DNA of 64,000 nucleotides, from assembly GCA_903930675.1 (NCBI GenBank), contig CAIYZJ010000007.1, positions 9,589-73,588 on the forward strand. The letters run 5' to 3'. The notes beneath the pieces are model-generated. The model was not told the origin of the DNA and searched no databases. It worked only from the letters and a program-made list of their open reading frames with translations. The number at the start of each line of letters is the position of its first letter. Position 1 is the stretch's first letter. This stretch comes from an uncultured Hyphomicrobiales bacterium. GTDB taxonomy: Bacteria > Pseudomonadota > Alphaproteobacteria > Rhizobiales > Beijerinckiaceae. Below, piece after piece: positions 34,251-43,447 of this stretch. The position numbers and the translations under genes were made by a program.

Positions 34251-36587
34251 TCAGGCTGCGATGCGATTGGGGGCATCCCGCAAGGGCAAATGCACCAGCA
34301 CATTGGTGCCCAGGCCTTCATTGGATCGGATATGCAATCCGCCACCGTGCAATTCGGTAAAGGAGCGGGCGATGGCCAGGCCAAGGCCCGATCCTTCGCT
34401 CGGTTTTGTTGAATCAAGATCGACCCATGTGAAGGGCTTGGCCAGTTTGGGTAGAGCGTCGCGGGGAATGCCCACGCCGGTATCATCCACATAGATATTC
34501 AACGCCCCTGATACGATGCGCGAGCTCATTGTCACACGCCCGCCCGCAGGGGTAAATTTGACGGCGTTTTTTAACAAATGCCCGAGAATACGGTTGATGG
34601 CACGCGGGTCGGCATAGAGAGTGCCCGATGCTGTCATGTCGTCCACCAACACGACGCCCTTCAAATCGGCCTCCTTTCGGATGGCGGCAAAAGCATCATG
34701 CAATGTCTTGTCAATCGGCAGTGTCTGGCGTTCGATCTTGACTTTGCCCGCTTCCAGTTCCGCCATATCGAGAATATCGGCGATCACGGCCAGCAGACTC
34801 TGTCCGCTTTTGGAAATGTCATTGCAATAATCATGATATTTCTCGTGGCCGAGCGGGCCGAACATTTCCTTTTCCATGATTTCCGAGAAGCCGAGAATCG
34901 CGTTCAGCGGCGTGCGCAGATCATGGCTCATTTTGGCGAGGAATTCGGATTTTGCGCGGTTGGCGCCTTCGGCTTCGGCCTTTTGTTCCAGATAGCGTTG
35001 GGCCAGGTCGTTGAGCTGTGCGGTCTGTTTTTCCAACGCCTGACGCGAGCGTTTGAGATCGGAAATCATCTGGGTCTGGCGGCGTTCGGCATCTTTCAAC
35101 TGGGTGATGTCGGTGCCGACCGAGACATAGCCGCCATCGCGGGTGCGGCGTTCGTTCAATTGCAGCCAGCGATTGTCGGGCATCTGCACGATATAGTTGC
35201 CCGACTGGATCTCCGTTTCGCTGGTGAGCTCCGCTGCACTGTGATGGGTGGGCGTGGTCAGATAGGGTGCGATCTCCTGATAGGGTGTTCCGGCCTGCAC
35301 CTGTGACAAGGCCAGCTTGTGCAGTTTCTGGAAACGCGAATTGCACATCACCAGACGGTTGTCGGCATCCCACAACACGAAAGATTCCCCGAAGGCTTCG
35401 ATGGCTTCGCGCAGACGCAAATTGGCGGTCAGATTTTCGGCTTCCAGCCTGCGCTGGTCGGACATATCGACCGCGATACCGACCAGATGCAAACGGTTCT
35501 CGTTCTGGTCGAGGATGAGTTCGGCGCGCGCGCGCACCCAGACCCACTCTCCATTCGCGCTGCGGATACGGAAGGAATGATCCACAGCCGTTTCCTGATG
35601 GTCAGCCAGGCGTTGGGCCAGCACATAGAGGTTTTCGTCGTCGGGGTGGATCAGATCGTTGATCTCGCCGAATGCCAGAAATTCACTGACCCGCTGATAG
35701 CCGAGCATCTCGTACATCGAGTCCGACCAATAAAGCGAGCCTCGCGCAATATCCCAATCCCACAAGCCGCAGCGTCCGCGCGACAAAGCGGTATCGATCC
35801 GCTCGCGGACCTTCTGGACGGCGTCATCGGCTTTTTTGACGCGCCAGGATTGCCAGAAAAAGGCAATCGCCAAACCAGCCATTACGAGTGCCGTGGCGGC
35901 GAACAGGGTAATCGCTGCGGCCGTTCTGTCTTTCCAGCGTTGCAGGGCTTGGGTGACCGGTTGGACGACAATTGCCAGTGCGCCTTTGTTGCCGATGTTG
36001 CGCGCCATGGCGATCGCTTTGCTGCCATCGGGCAGGGTAATGGCAACGACACCGGCATTCTCGGCCAGCACGGTAATCGGCTGGCTTTGGCCGAGACGGC
36101 TGGAAATCGTACCGGAAATACCGAGTTTGGCGGGCGCGGTCGCGACAATCGTGCTTTGCTCGTCCGCGATATAAACCTGTGCGCCGTGACGCAGATGCTG
36201 TTCGGGGAGAATGCGGCCCAGCGTCGCCACGATATTGGTCACGCTTTTCGGACTGTCGAGCTTTTGGCCCGCCAAAGAAGCTGTGAGTTCCGAGGTGACA
36301 TAGGCGGAAATCAACTCGATCTCGCCCGCAGAATCGGTCAGTGTTTCGTTGCGGATGGTGATGGATTGCAGTGTGAAGGCGATGCCGATCACGACAACGA
36401 ACACCAGCGCAAGCGAAGGCACAAGACGGCGGAGCATCGGCTCGGCTGCCTTGAGTCGCTCGCTGAATGTCTGCGGCGAGGCTTGCGAGCCTCTCGCCAT
36501 GCCCGCCAAAGTCGGCGGCACGGGTGCGCAGGATTCTGCTATGGCTGCGGGATTGCGCGCCATCTTTTCCTCGTTGATTGCCATCAT
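34251..36587 (-). CDS. PAS-domain sensor histidine kinase, PleC/PdhS-like
   Basis: Two N-terminal TM segments flank a periplasmic region, then PAS repeats. H-box KSEFLAKMSHDLRTPLNAILGFSE, then GHEKYHDYCNDISKSGQSLLAVIADILDMAELEAG (a pattern typical of the PleC/DivJ group), then GSGLGLAI. No receiver domain. Confidence 0.85.
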   Translation of the reverse strand: MMAINEEKMARNPAAIAESCAPVPPTLAGMARGSQASPQTFSERLKAAEPMLRRLVPSLALVFVVVIGIAFTLQSITIRNETLTDSAGEIELISAYVTSELTASLAGQKLDSPKSVTNIVATLGRILPEQHLRHGAQVYIADEQSTIVATAPAKLGISGTISSRLGQSQPITVLAENAGVVAITLPDGSKAIAMARNIGNKGALAIVVQPVTQALQRWKDRTAAAITLFAATALVMAGLAIAFFWQSWRVKKADDAVQKVRERIDTALSRGRCGLWDWDIARGSLYWSDSMYEMLGYQRVSEFLAFGEINDLIHPDDENLYVLAQRLADHQETAVDHSFRIRSANGEWVWVRARAELILDQNENRLHLVGIAVDMSDQRRLEAENLTANLRLREAIEAFGESFVLWDADNRLVMCNSRFQKLHKLALSQVQAGTPYQEIAPYLTTPTHHSAAELTSETEIQSGNYIVQMPDNRWLQLNERRTRDGGYVSVGTDITQLKDAERRQTQMISDLKRSRQALEKQTAQLNDLAQRYLEQKAEAEGANRAKSEFLAKMSHDLRTPLNAILGFSEIMEKEMFGPLGHEKYHDYCNDISKSGQSLLAVIADILDMAELEAGKVKIERQTLPIDKTLHDAFAAIRKEADLKGVVLVDDMTASGTLYADPRAINRILGHLLKNAVKFTPAGGRVTMSSRIVSGALNIYVDDTGVGIPRDALPKLAKPFTWVDLDSTKPSEGSGLGLAIARSFTELHGGGLHIRSNEGLGTNVLVHLPLRDAPNRIAA

Positions 36588-36724
36588 TGCCGGTGGTGGC
36601 CTGTGAAGGCTTTCACCGAATCAGACGCATCTGAATCGTCTCGTGCTGATTTGTCCAGACGTTAATGAAAAGTTTCAGAAATTAATTTTTATCCAATGAA
36701 TCAAAGGCTCTGCGCAAAAAATCC

Positions 36725-36798
36725 GTTAACCATAATTTATGAGTCGGATCATGACGTTAGCCGTTCGGGGGCTTTTCGGGCCCGCTGAAATGGTTAAC
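36725..36798. promoter_or_regulatory. Pair of inverted CtrA-type half-site motifs GTTAACCAT ... ATGGTTAAC upstream of the PleC-like kinase
   Basis: 36725-36733 is the reverse complement of 36790-36798. TTAACCAT is the reported CtrA 8-mer. The motifs lie in the AT-rich 212-nt region between the kinase start and the pepN stop. Confidence 0.35.
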
Positions 36799-36799
36799 G

Positions 36800-39409
36800 T
36801 CAGGCCAGCGAGCGCACCACAATATCGGCGACATCGGCCGACAGGCTGCTGGCATCGGAGATGCGGCGCAACACCTCGCCTGCCTGCGTCCGGCGGTTGC
36901 TTTCGAAGGATCGCCATGTCCGGAATGCGCTCAACATACGGGCGGCCACTTGCGGGTTGGTCTTGTCGAGCATCAACACGATATCGGCAAGGAAGTGATA
37001 ACCCGCCCCGTCGATCCTGTTGAACTGGGTCGGGTTGGACATGCAAAACGCGCCGATGAGCGAGCGCACGCGGTTCGGATTCGTCATCGAAAATCCGGGG
37101 TGCGCCATCAGCGATTTGACGCGGTCCAAAGTGCCGTGCTCGGCCAGACAGGCTTGCAGCGCAAACCATTTGTCCAGAGCCAGCGCTTCATGGGCAAAGC
37201 GTTCGGCAAAATGCGACAAAGCGGTCTCGCGCGTTTCACCGGGATATTGCGCCAGCACTGCCAGCGCACCGATCCGGTCGGTCATATTGTCGGCCTGCCG
37301 GTAGCATTGATGAGACAGTGGCAATCCTGCGTCCGGATCCCCCACCACGATCAGATCCAGTACGGTGTTGCGTAAGGCGCGCTGTCCGGCTGATTTGGCA
37401 TCGGGGCTGTAGGCATGGGCCGAGCCCAAACGGTGATGGGCACGGCGCAGATCATCGCCGATACCGAGCCCGATGGCTTGGCGCAGCCCTTTGCGGGCGA
37501 GATAGATGGCATCGGGGTCGATGTCGGATTTGATCTCGCGGGCGATGTCGTTTTCGCTCGGCATTGAAAAGACCTGCGCGACAAAAGCATGGTCGTCATT
37601 GTCGTTGAGCAGATGCGCGAGTGTTTGCGCATAGGCCGGATCGAAATGCGGCGTCTCGCCGCGCCTGATCGCACCCACGGCATCGACCAAGATGGTCATT
37701 GCGAGGCTTTGGGCGGCCTGCCAGCAGTTGAAGGGATCGCTGTCATGGCGGAACAATGTCAGCAGATCGGTGCTGGTCAAATCGGTCTCAAGCCGCACGG
37801 GGGCCGAAAAGCCGCGCAGCACGGATGGCACGGGTTGTCGGGCCAATCCGTCGAACACCAGCTGCCCTTCGGCCTTATCAAGCACGTAGACACCATCGTG
37901 CCCATTGCTTCCATCGGGCATCACCAGACCGTAGGCGATAGGAATTTGAAGCGGGTTTTTATCGGGCTGGGACGGGGTTGGGCCGGTGTTTTGTGTAAAG
38001 TGCAGGGTCAGGCGTTTTTGCTCTTCGTCCCATTCTCTGCGCAACTCGATGACGGGGGTGCCGGCCTGCACATACCACTGGAAAAAATGCTTCAGATCGC
38101 GGCCCGAGACCTCCGCGAAACAGTCGATGAATTCTTCGACCGTGGCGGCAGTGCCGTCGCAACGCTGCAGGTACAGGTCCATGCCCTTGCGGAACGCGTC
38201 CGCGCCCAGCAGGATTTTCAGCATGCGGATGATTTCCGCGCCTTTTTCATAAATGGTTGCGGTGTAGAAATTGTTGATCTCTCGATAGGCGGCAGGCCGC
38301 ACCGGATGGGCCAGCGGGCCGGAATCCTCGGCAAATTGCGAGGCGCGCAGATTGCGGACATCGACGATCCGTTTGACGGGGCGCGAGCGTTCATCTGCCG
38401 TGAATTCCTGATCGCGGAAAACCGTCAACCCTTCCTTCAGGCACAGCTGGAACCAGTCGCGGCAGGTGATGCGGTTGCCGGTCCAGTTGTGGAAATATTC
38501 GTGGGCAATCACAGTCTCGATGCCGCCGTAATCGGTATCGGTGGCTGTGTCCGAGCTGGCCAGCACATATTTATCGTTGAAAATATTGAGGCCCTTGTTC
38601 TCCATCGCGCCCATGTTGAAATCGGACACGGCGACAATGTTGAACACGTCGAGATCATACTCGCAGCCGAAGGTTTTTTCGTCCCACACCATCGAGCGCA
38701 CAAGCGCATCCATCGCATAGCGCGCGCGCTCGGCTTTGCCCGGTTCGACATAGATCCCCAAACCGACCTTGCGGCCCGAACGGGTGATGAAATCCTGCTC
38801 CAGCACATCCAGCCTGCCGCCGACCAGCGCAAACAGATAAGCGGGTTTGGTATGGGGATCATGCCAGACCGTAAAATGGAAACCATCGGCCAGCGTGCCT
38901 TCGGATTGTTTGTTGCCATTGCCCAACAACACCGGTGCTTCGCTCTTGCGGGCCTCGATCCTGGTTGTGAACACCGCCATGACATCGGGGCGATCGGCGA
39001 AATAGGTAATCCGGCGGAACCCCTCGGCTTCGCACTGGGTGCAATAGGTGCCGGACGAGCGGTAGAGACCCATCAACTTGGTATTGCTGTCGGGATCAAG
39101 CTGCGTCTCGATGGTCAGGGTGAAGGGCTGGGGAGGGGGATTGTCGATGGTCAGGGATTGCGGGTCGGCCTGATAGCGGCCGGCTTCGAGCGGTTCGCCG
39201 TTGACCGAGACCGCCAGCAGGACCAATTCGTCTCCATCGAGATGCAACGGTGCGCCCGTTTCGCCCAGCGGATTGGCACGGATGGACAGGGTAGCCAATA
39301 CGCGGGTCTTGGGCCCGTCCAGTCTGATATCGAGATCGACACGATCAATCAGATGGTCCGGCGAAGAATAATCGGACAACCGTGTCACGGTTGCGGTATC
39401 GGTGCGCAT
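36800..39409 (-). CDS. pepN: Aminopeptidase N
   Basis: GAMENKGLNIF and HEYFHNWTGNRITCRDWFQLCLKEGLT (HExxH-18-E gluzincin motif). Length about 870 aa. ATG at 39409 preceded by GGGAG. Confidence 0.95.
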   Translation of the reverse strand: MRTDTATVTRLSDYSSPDHLIDRVDLDIRLDGPKTRVLATLSIRANPLGETGAPLHLDGDELVLLAVSVNGEPLEAGRYQADPQSLTIDNPPPQPFTLTIETQLDPDSNTKLMGLYRSSGTYCTQCEAEGFRRITYFADRPDVMAVFTTRIEARKSEAPVLLGNGNKQSEGTLADGFHFTVWHDPHTKPAYLFALVGGRLDVLEQDFITRSGRKVGLGIYVEPGKAERARYAMDALVRSMVWDEKTFGCEYDLDVFNIVAVSDFNMGAMENKGLNIFNDKYVLASSDTATDTDYGGIETVIAHEYFHNWTGNRITCRDWFQLCLKEGLTVFRDQEFTADERSRPVKRIVDVRNLRASQFAEDSGPLAHPVRPAAYREINNFYTATIYEKGAEIIRMLKILLGADAFRKGMDLYLQRCDGTAATVEEFIDCFAEVSGRDLKHFFQWYVQAGTPVIELRREWDEEQKRLTLHFTQNTGPTPSQPDKNPLQIPIAYGLVMPDGSNGHDGVYVLDKAEGQLVFDGLARQPVPSVLRGFSAPVRLETDLTSTDLLTLFRHDSDPFNCWQAAQSLAMTILVDAVGAIRRGETPHFDPAYAQTLAHLLNDNDDHAFVAQVFSMPSENDIAREIKSDIDPDAIYLARKGLRQAIGLGIGDDLRRAHHRLGSAHAYSPDAKSAGQRALRNTVLDLIVVGDPDAGLPLSHQCYRQADNMTDRIGALAVLAQYPGETRETALSHFAERFAHEALALDKWFALQACLAEHGTLDRVKSLMAHPGFSMTNPNRVRSLIGAFCMSNPTQFNRIDGAGYHFLADIVLMLDKTNPQVAARMLSAFRTWRSFESNRRTQAGEVLRRISDASSLSADVADIVVRSLA

Positions 39410-39504
39410 AGCCACTCCCAGCAGCGGAACCTATTCACATCAGGTCAAAGATTGATTTGATGACAAGGCATTGTGAGGCTTAGAACGGCTTTTGCAAGCT
39501 ATTG

Positions 39505-40896
39505 TTAAATCGGACTTTTGGCGGGGGACCGCAATGGCTCGGTATGGCTGACGATGCGGGCGATATCGGGGCGTTGCTGGCGCACGTCCTGCTCAAGCCG
39601 GTCAATGGCGGTATGGACGGTGGCGACATCCAGCGCGGGGTCGAACCGGCAATGGTAATTGACCATCAAGCCGTGCTCGTTGTGGCGCACGCGGACATTG
39701 TGGATATCCTCGATCTGGCCGATCAGCGTGGCTTGGGACATCAGCAGAGCGGCCATGGCGGCCCGCGTCGGCTCGTCGCAATCGGCCCCGCTGAGATGGC
39801 TGACGGTGAGCGGTTCGATATGGGTGTCAACCTCGGTCGCATCGCCGAATTCGGTGCGAAGGGCAGCTTCGAGTTTGCTGGCTATGCCATGGGCAGCACC
39901 CAGACTCATCCGCGCATCGATTTCGAGATCGAGGCTGATCGAGAGTTGCTCTCCGATTGTCTGGACAGTGACATGATGGACAGGGACCCGCCGTTTGGCG
40001 GCAATCAGCAATACCCGTTCCAGCACGGTTTCCTTGTCCAGTGCCAATGGATAGGTTGTGACGGTGACAATCAGTTCGGGGAATAGCGTTGTTGCGCTTT
40101 TGATGACGCTTTCTTTGATCAAGGCGACGCGGTCCAGCGAGGCGGTGCGGGCTACACCGATCCCGACTTCCGCAAAGGTTTGGGCCCCTGCGGGACGGAC
40201 GCGGATATGGTCGATTTTGACCACTCCGGCAATCTCGCCGAGGACCTCGTGCAGGCTTTGGCTGACCCCGCTGGGGGCTGCATCCGTCAACGTGTCGATG
40301 GTGCGCCGTCCCAATTCGTAACCGGCAATCGCGATGAACAATGACACGCCGAGAGCTGCGACAGCATCGCCTTGCGGATAGCCGTAAAGGGTGGCGACCA
40401 GTCCGAGCATAACCAGTATCGAGGAGACCAGATCGGAGGAAAAATGCAAAGCATCGGCGGCCAGCGCATCGCTGCGGGTTTCCTTGGCGATGCGGCTCAA
40501 CTGCCGCCAGCGGGTGAGGTCGACGATGATCGACACCAGCAGCACGCCGAACACCCAGGGCGAGGCCTCGATATGCGGGGCGGGGGCCAGAAGCCGCTGC
40601 ACGCCCTCATAGGCCACCACGCCCGCCAGACCCATCAACAGGCTGGTTTCGATCAATGCGGCCATCGCCTCGATCTTGCCATGGCCGAAGTGATGCTCGT
40701 CATCGGCGGGCTTGTCGGCGGCTTTGATGGCAAAATAGGTCAGAATGGTCGCGCCCGTATCGAGCAGCGCGTGTCCCGCCTCCGAGATCAGCGCGAGCGA
40801 ACCCGACATCAAACCTGCGGCTAATTTGCCGATTGTCAGGCTTGCACTGGCGATAATGGACCAAAAAGCGGCCTGTTCTTTAATCTCTTGGCTCAT
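39505..40896 (-). CDS. Cation diffusion facilitator (CDF) family transporter with an extended C-terminus
   Basis: SLALISEAGHALLDTGA...DDEHHFGHGKIE...ADALHFSSDL are CDF TM-domain motifs. About 260 aa follow the TM domain. AGGAGT as RBS. Confidence 0.88.
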   Translation of the reverse strand: MSQEIKEQAAFWSIIASASLTIGKLAAGLMSGSLALISEAGHALLDTGATILTYFAIKAADKPADDEHHFGHGKIEAMAALIETSLLMGLAGVVAYEGVQRLLAPAPHIEASPWVFGVLLVSIIVDLTRWRQLSRIAKETRSDALAADALHFSSDLVSSILVMLGLVATLYGYPQGDAVAALGVSLFIAIAGYELGRRTIDTLTDAAPSGVSQSLHEVLGEIAGVVKIDHIRVRPAGAQTFAEVGIGVARTASLDRVALIKESVIKSATTLFPELIVTVTTYPLALDKETVLERVLLIAAKRRVPVHHVTVQTIGEQLSISLDLEIDARMSLGAAHGIASKLEAALRTEFGDATEVDTHIEPLTVSHLSGADCDEPTRAAMAALLMSQATLIGQIEDIHNVRVRHNEHGLMVNYHCRFDPALDVATVHTAIDRLEQDVRQQRPDIARIVSHTEPLRSPAKSPI

Positions 40897-41074
40897 GAAA
40901 ACTCCTAAGATCCGAAATCTAGCATGTTTTCGGGTCCTTTTCATGATCTATGACAAAGGCGACAGAATTATTTCACCCCGCCAGATCCCTTCTCCGGCTA
41001 TAGAGGACTTGAAGAGTGGCGCGAACCAAGCCACTCTGGCGCATCAACCAAGTGGAATGTCGGGAGTAGGAATT

Positions 41075-41515
41075 ATGGAATATCTGCATACGATGGTGCG
41101 TGTCAGCAATGTCGAGGACTCGCTCGATTTTTATTGCAATAAAATGGGCATGACCGAAATCCGCCGCGTCGATAACGAGCAGGGCCGGTTTACCCTGATT
41201 TTTCTGGCGTCTTCCGATGATCTGGACAAGGCCAAGAAGGACCGCTCTCCCACGCTGGAACTGACCTATAACTGGGATGAGCACGGCTATGACAGCGGCC
41301 GCAATTTCGGGCATCTGGCCTATCAGGTCGACAATATCTATGACCTGTGCGCCAGCCTGATGGCCAAGGGCGTCACCATCAACCGCCCGCCGCGTGAAGG
41401 CCGCATGGCCTTTGTGCGCTCTCCCGACGGCATTTCGATCGAATTGTTGCAAAAGGGCGATGCCCTGCCGCCCGCCGAGCCTTGGGTCTCGATGCCCAAT
41501 ACCGGCAAATGGTAA
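41075..41515 (+). CDS. gloA: Lactoylglutathione lyase (glyoxalase I)
   Basis: LHTMVRVSNVEDSLDFYCNKMGM...LELTYNW......G..FGHLAYQVDNIY..C..L...GV.I.R.PR.G.MAF...PDG..IELL is the GloA signature. Confidence 0.9.
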   Translation: MEYLHTMVRVSNVEDSLDFYCNKMGMTEIRRVDNEQGRFTLIFLASSDDLDKAKKDRSPTLELTYNWDEHGYDSGRNFGHLAYQVDNIYDLCASLMAKGVTINRPPREGRMAFVRSPDGISIELLQKGDALPPAEPWVSMPNTGKW

Positions 41516-41568
41516 GCAGGCCTGTCCTGTAAAGTAAGATTATCTTAGGCTCTTTGGGCCATGATCGG

Positions 41569-41601
41569 GATTGGCCGTGCTTTTTTGTGGTGCGGCCAAT
41601 C
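41569..41601. promoter_or_regulatory. 9-bp inverted repeat GATTGGCCG-N15-CGGCCAATC upstream of uraH
   Basis: Read directly. The right arm ends 21 nt upstream of the uraH ATG. The spacer contains TTTTTT. Confidence 0.3.
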
Positions 41602-41622
41602 CTGCCAGACGGAGGTTTTGCC

Positions 41623-41964
41623 ATGTCCCTGAGTACGCATGTTCTTGATACGGCGCATGGATGTCCGGCGGCGGGCATGGCCATATCGCTTTACCGCCTG
41701 TCCGACGGCGTCAAATTGCGCGATGTCGTGACCAATCATGACGGCCGCGTCGATGGCGGTTTGCTGGGTGCCGATGATTGCCTGCCCGGCCAGTATGAAT
41801 TGCGGTTTCAGGTAGCGGCCTATTTTCGCGCACGCGGCGTAACCCTGTCCGAACCGGCCTTTCTGGATGAAGTGCCCCTGCGTTTCGGCATCAGCGGTGC
41901 GGGCCATTACCATGTGCCATTGCTGGTGTCGCCCTATAGCTACTCCACCTATCGCGGGAGTTGA
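41623..41964 (+). CDS. uraH: 5-hydroxyisourate hydrolase (transthyretin-like)
   Basis: [17 protein letters not shown]...[19 protein letters not shown] carries the diagnostic C-terminal YRGS tetrapeptide. Confidence 0.92.
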   Translation: MSLSTHVLDTAHGCPAAGMAISLYRLSDGVKLRDVVTNHDGRVDGGLLGADDCLPGQYELRFQVAAYFRARGVTLSEPAFLDEVPLRFGISGAGHYHVPLLVSPYSYSTYRGS

Positions 41965-41968
41965 CGGG

Positions 41969-43447
41969 ATGGCGATGCGGCCTTTGCGGTTTCTCAGACG
42001 CGGACGGTTGGTCGAAATCGAGAGCTTTCATCCGCGCATGACGCTGCTTGAATGGCTGCGCCTCGAGGAACGCTCGACCGGCACCAAGGAAGGTTGCGCG
42101 GAAGGCGACTGCGGAGCCTGTACCGTGGTTCTGGCGCGGCTGCGGCGCGGGCAGGTGGTCTATCAGCCGGTCAATGCCTGTATCCTGCTGCTTGGGCAGG
42201 TCGACGGGGCCGAGGTGATCACGGTCGAAGATCTGGCCGAGGGCGGGAACCTGCATCCTGTGCAGGCGGCAATGGTCGGGCATCACGGCTCGCAATGCGG
42301 CTTTTGCACACCCGGCATTGTCATGAGCCTGTTTGCCTTGAGCCACAGCGGCAAAGCGGTGGATCGTGGTTCTGTGACCCAGGCACTGGCGGGCAATCTG
42401 TGCCGCTGCACCGGTTACCGCCCGATTGTCGAGGCGGCATTGAACGCGTGTCAGGGGCCGGTCGAGGACCGCTTCACCGCGACCATGCAGGCCAGCGCGC
42501 AGGTGCTTGGCGCATTGGATGACGACACCAATATGTTTTCCGGAACCGATGCGGTGTTTTTTGCCGCCCCGCGAAGCGAGGCCTTTCTGGCGGCTTTGAT
42601 CGAGCGCTATCCCGCTGCAACCTTGCTGGGCGGCGGCACCGATGTCGGGCTGTGGATCACCAAAGACCTGCGCGATCTGACACAGATCATCTGGCTGGGG
42701 CGCGTCAACAGCCTGCAACAGATCGAGGTGCAGCAGGATCGTTTGTTGCTCGGCGCGGGCGTCACGCTGGCCGAAGCGCTGCCCTGTCTGGCGGCCATCG
42801 ATCCCGATCTCGAAACCCTGATGCAACGGTTCGGTTCGACCCAGATCCGCAGTTCGGGCACAGTTGGCGGCAATATTGCCAATGGCTCGCCGATCGGCGA
42901 TCTGGCGCCCGCGTTGATCGCGCTCGGTGCGGTGCTCGAATTGGGCCGCTCGGGCCAAACCCGTGCCATTCCCTTGCAGGATTTCTTTCTGGCCTATCGC
43001 CGGCAGGACCGCCGTCCGGGCGAATATGTGCGGGCCTTGCATATTCCGTTGCTGTCGCAAGGCACGCATTTCCGCGCGCTCAAAATTTCCAAACGTTACG
43101 AGGAGGATATTTCCTCGGTGCTCGCGGCTTTGCGCGTGACCCTGCTTGACGGGCATATTGTCGATGTCCGCATCGCCTATGGCGGCATGGCCGGCACGCC
43201 GCGCAGGGCGACGCATGCCGAACAGGTGTTGCTCGGCCAGCCGATTGCCTCGGCCACGACATGGAAAAATGCGGGCGAGGCGCTGCCCGAAGATTTTGTG
43301 CCGCTGGATGACCATCGCGCCTCTGCCAAATACCGGATGCAGGTGGCCCGTGCGACACTGATCAAGGCGCTGGCGGAGATTGCCGGATTGCCGACCGAGA
43401 ACACCCGTATCCATCCGCGCCGCGAACGGGAGGCCGCCCATGGATGA
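41969..43447 (+). CDS. xdhA: Xanthine dehydrogenase small subunit (2Fe-2S and FAD-binding)
   Basis: GTKEGCAEGDCGACTV and GSQCGFCTPGIVMS...NLCRCTGYRPI are the [2Fe-2S] motifs. An FAD-binding domain follows (LLGGGTDVGLW). Confidence 0.92.
   Translation: MAMRPLRFLRRGRLVEIESFHPRMTLLEWLRLEERSTGTKEGCAEGDCGACTVVLARLRRGQVVYQPVNACILLLGQVDGAEVITVEDLAEGGNLHPVQAAMVGHHGSQCGFCTPGIVMSLFALSHSGKAVDRGSVTQALAGNLCRCTGYRPIVEAALNACQGPVEDRFTATMQASAQVLGALDDDTNMFSGTDAVFFAAPRSEAFLAALIERYPAATLLGGGTDVGLWITKDLRDLTQIIWLGRVNSLQQIEVQQDRLLLGAGVTLAEALPCLAAIDPDLETLMQRFGSTQIRSSGTVGGNIANGSPIGDLAPALIALGAVLELGRSGQTRAIPLQDFFLAYRRQDRRPGEYVRALHIPLLSQGTHFRALKISKRYEEDISSVLAALRVTLLDGHIVDVRIAYGGMAGTPRRATHAEQVLLGQPIASATTWKNAGEALPEDFVPLDDHRASAKYRMQVARATLIKALAEIAGLPTENTRIHPRREREAAHG

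Noticed and set aside
35319-39460. Plus-strand ORFs of 448 aa (35319..36665) and 623 aa (37589..39460)
   Set aside because: These are antisense to the PleC-like kinase and to pepN respectively. Both minus-strand products carry unambiguous catalytic motifs, and the plus-strand translations are low-complexity.
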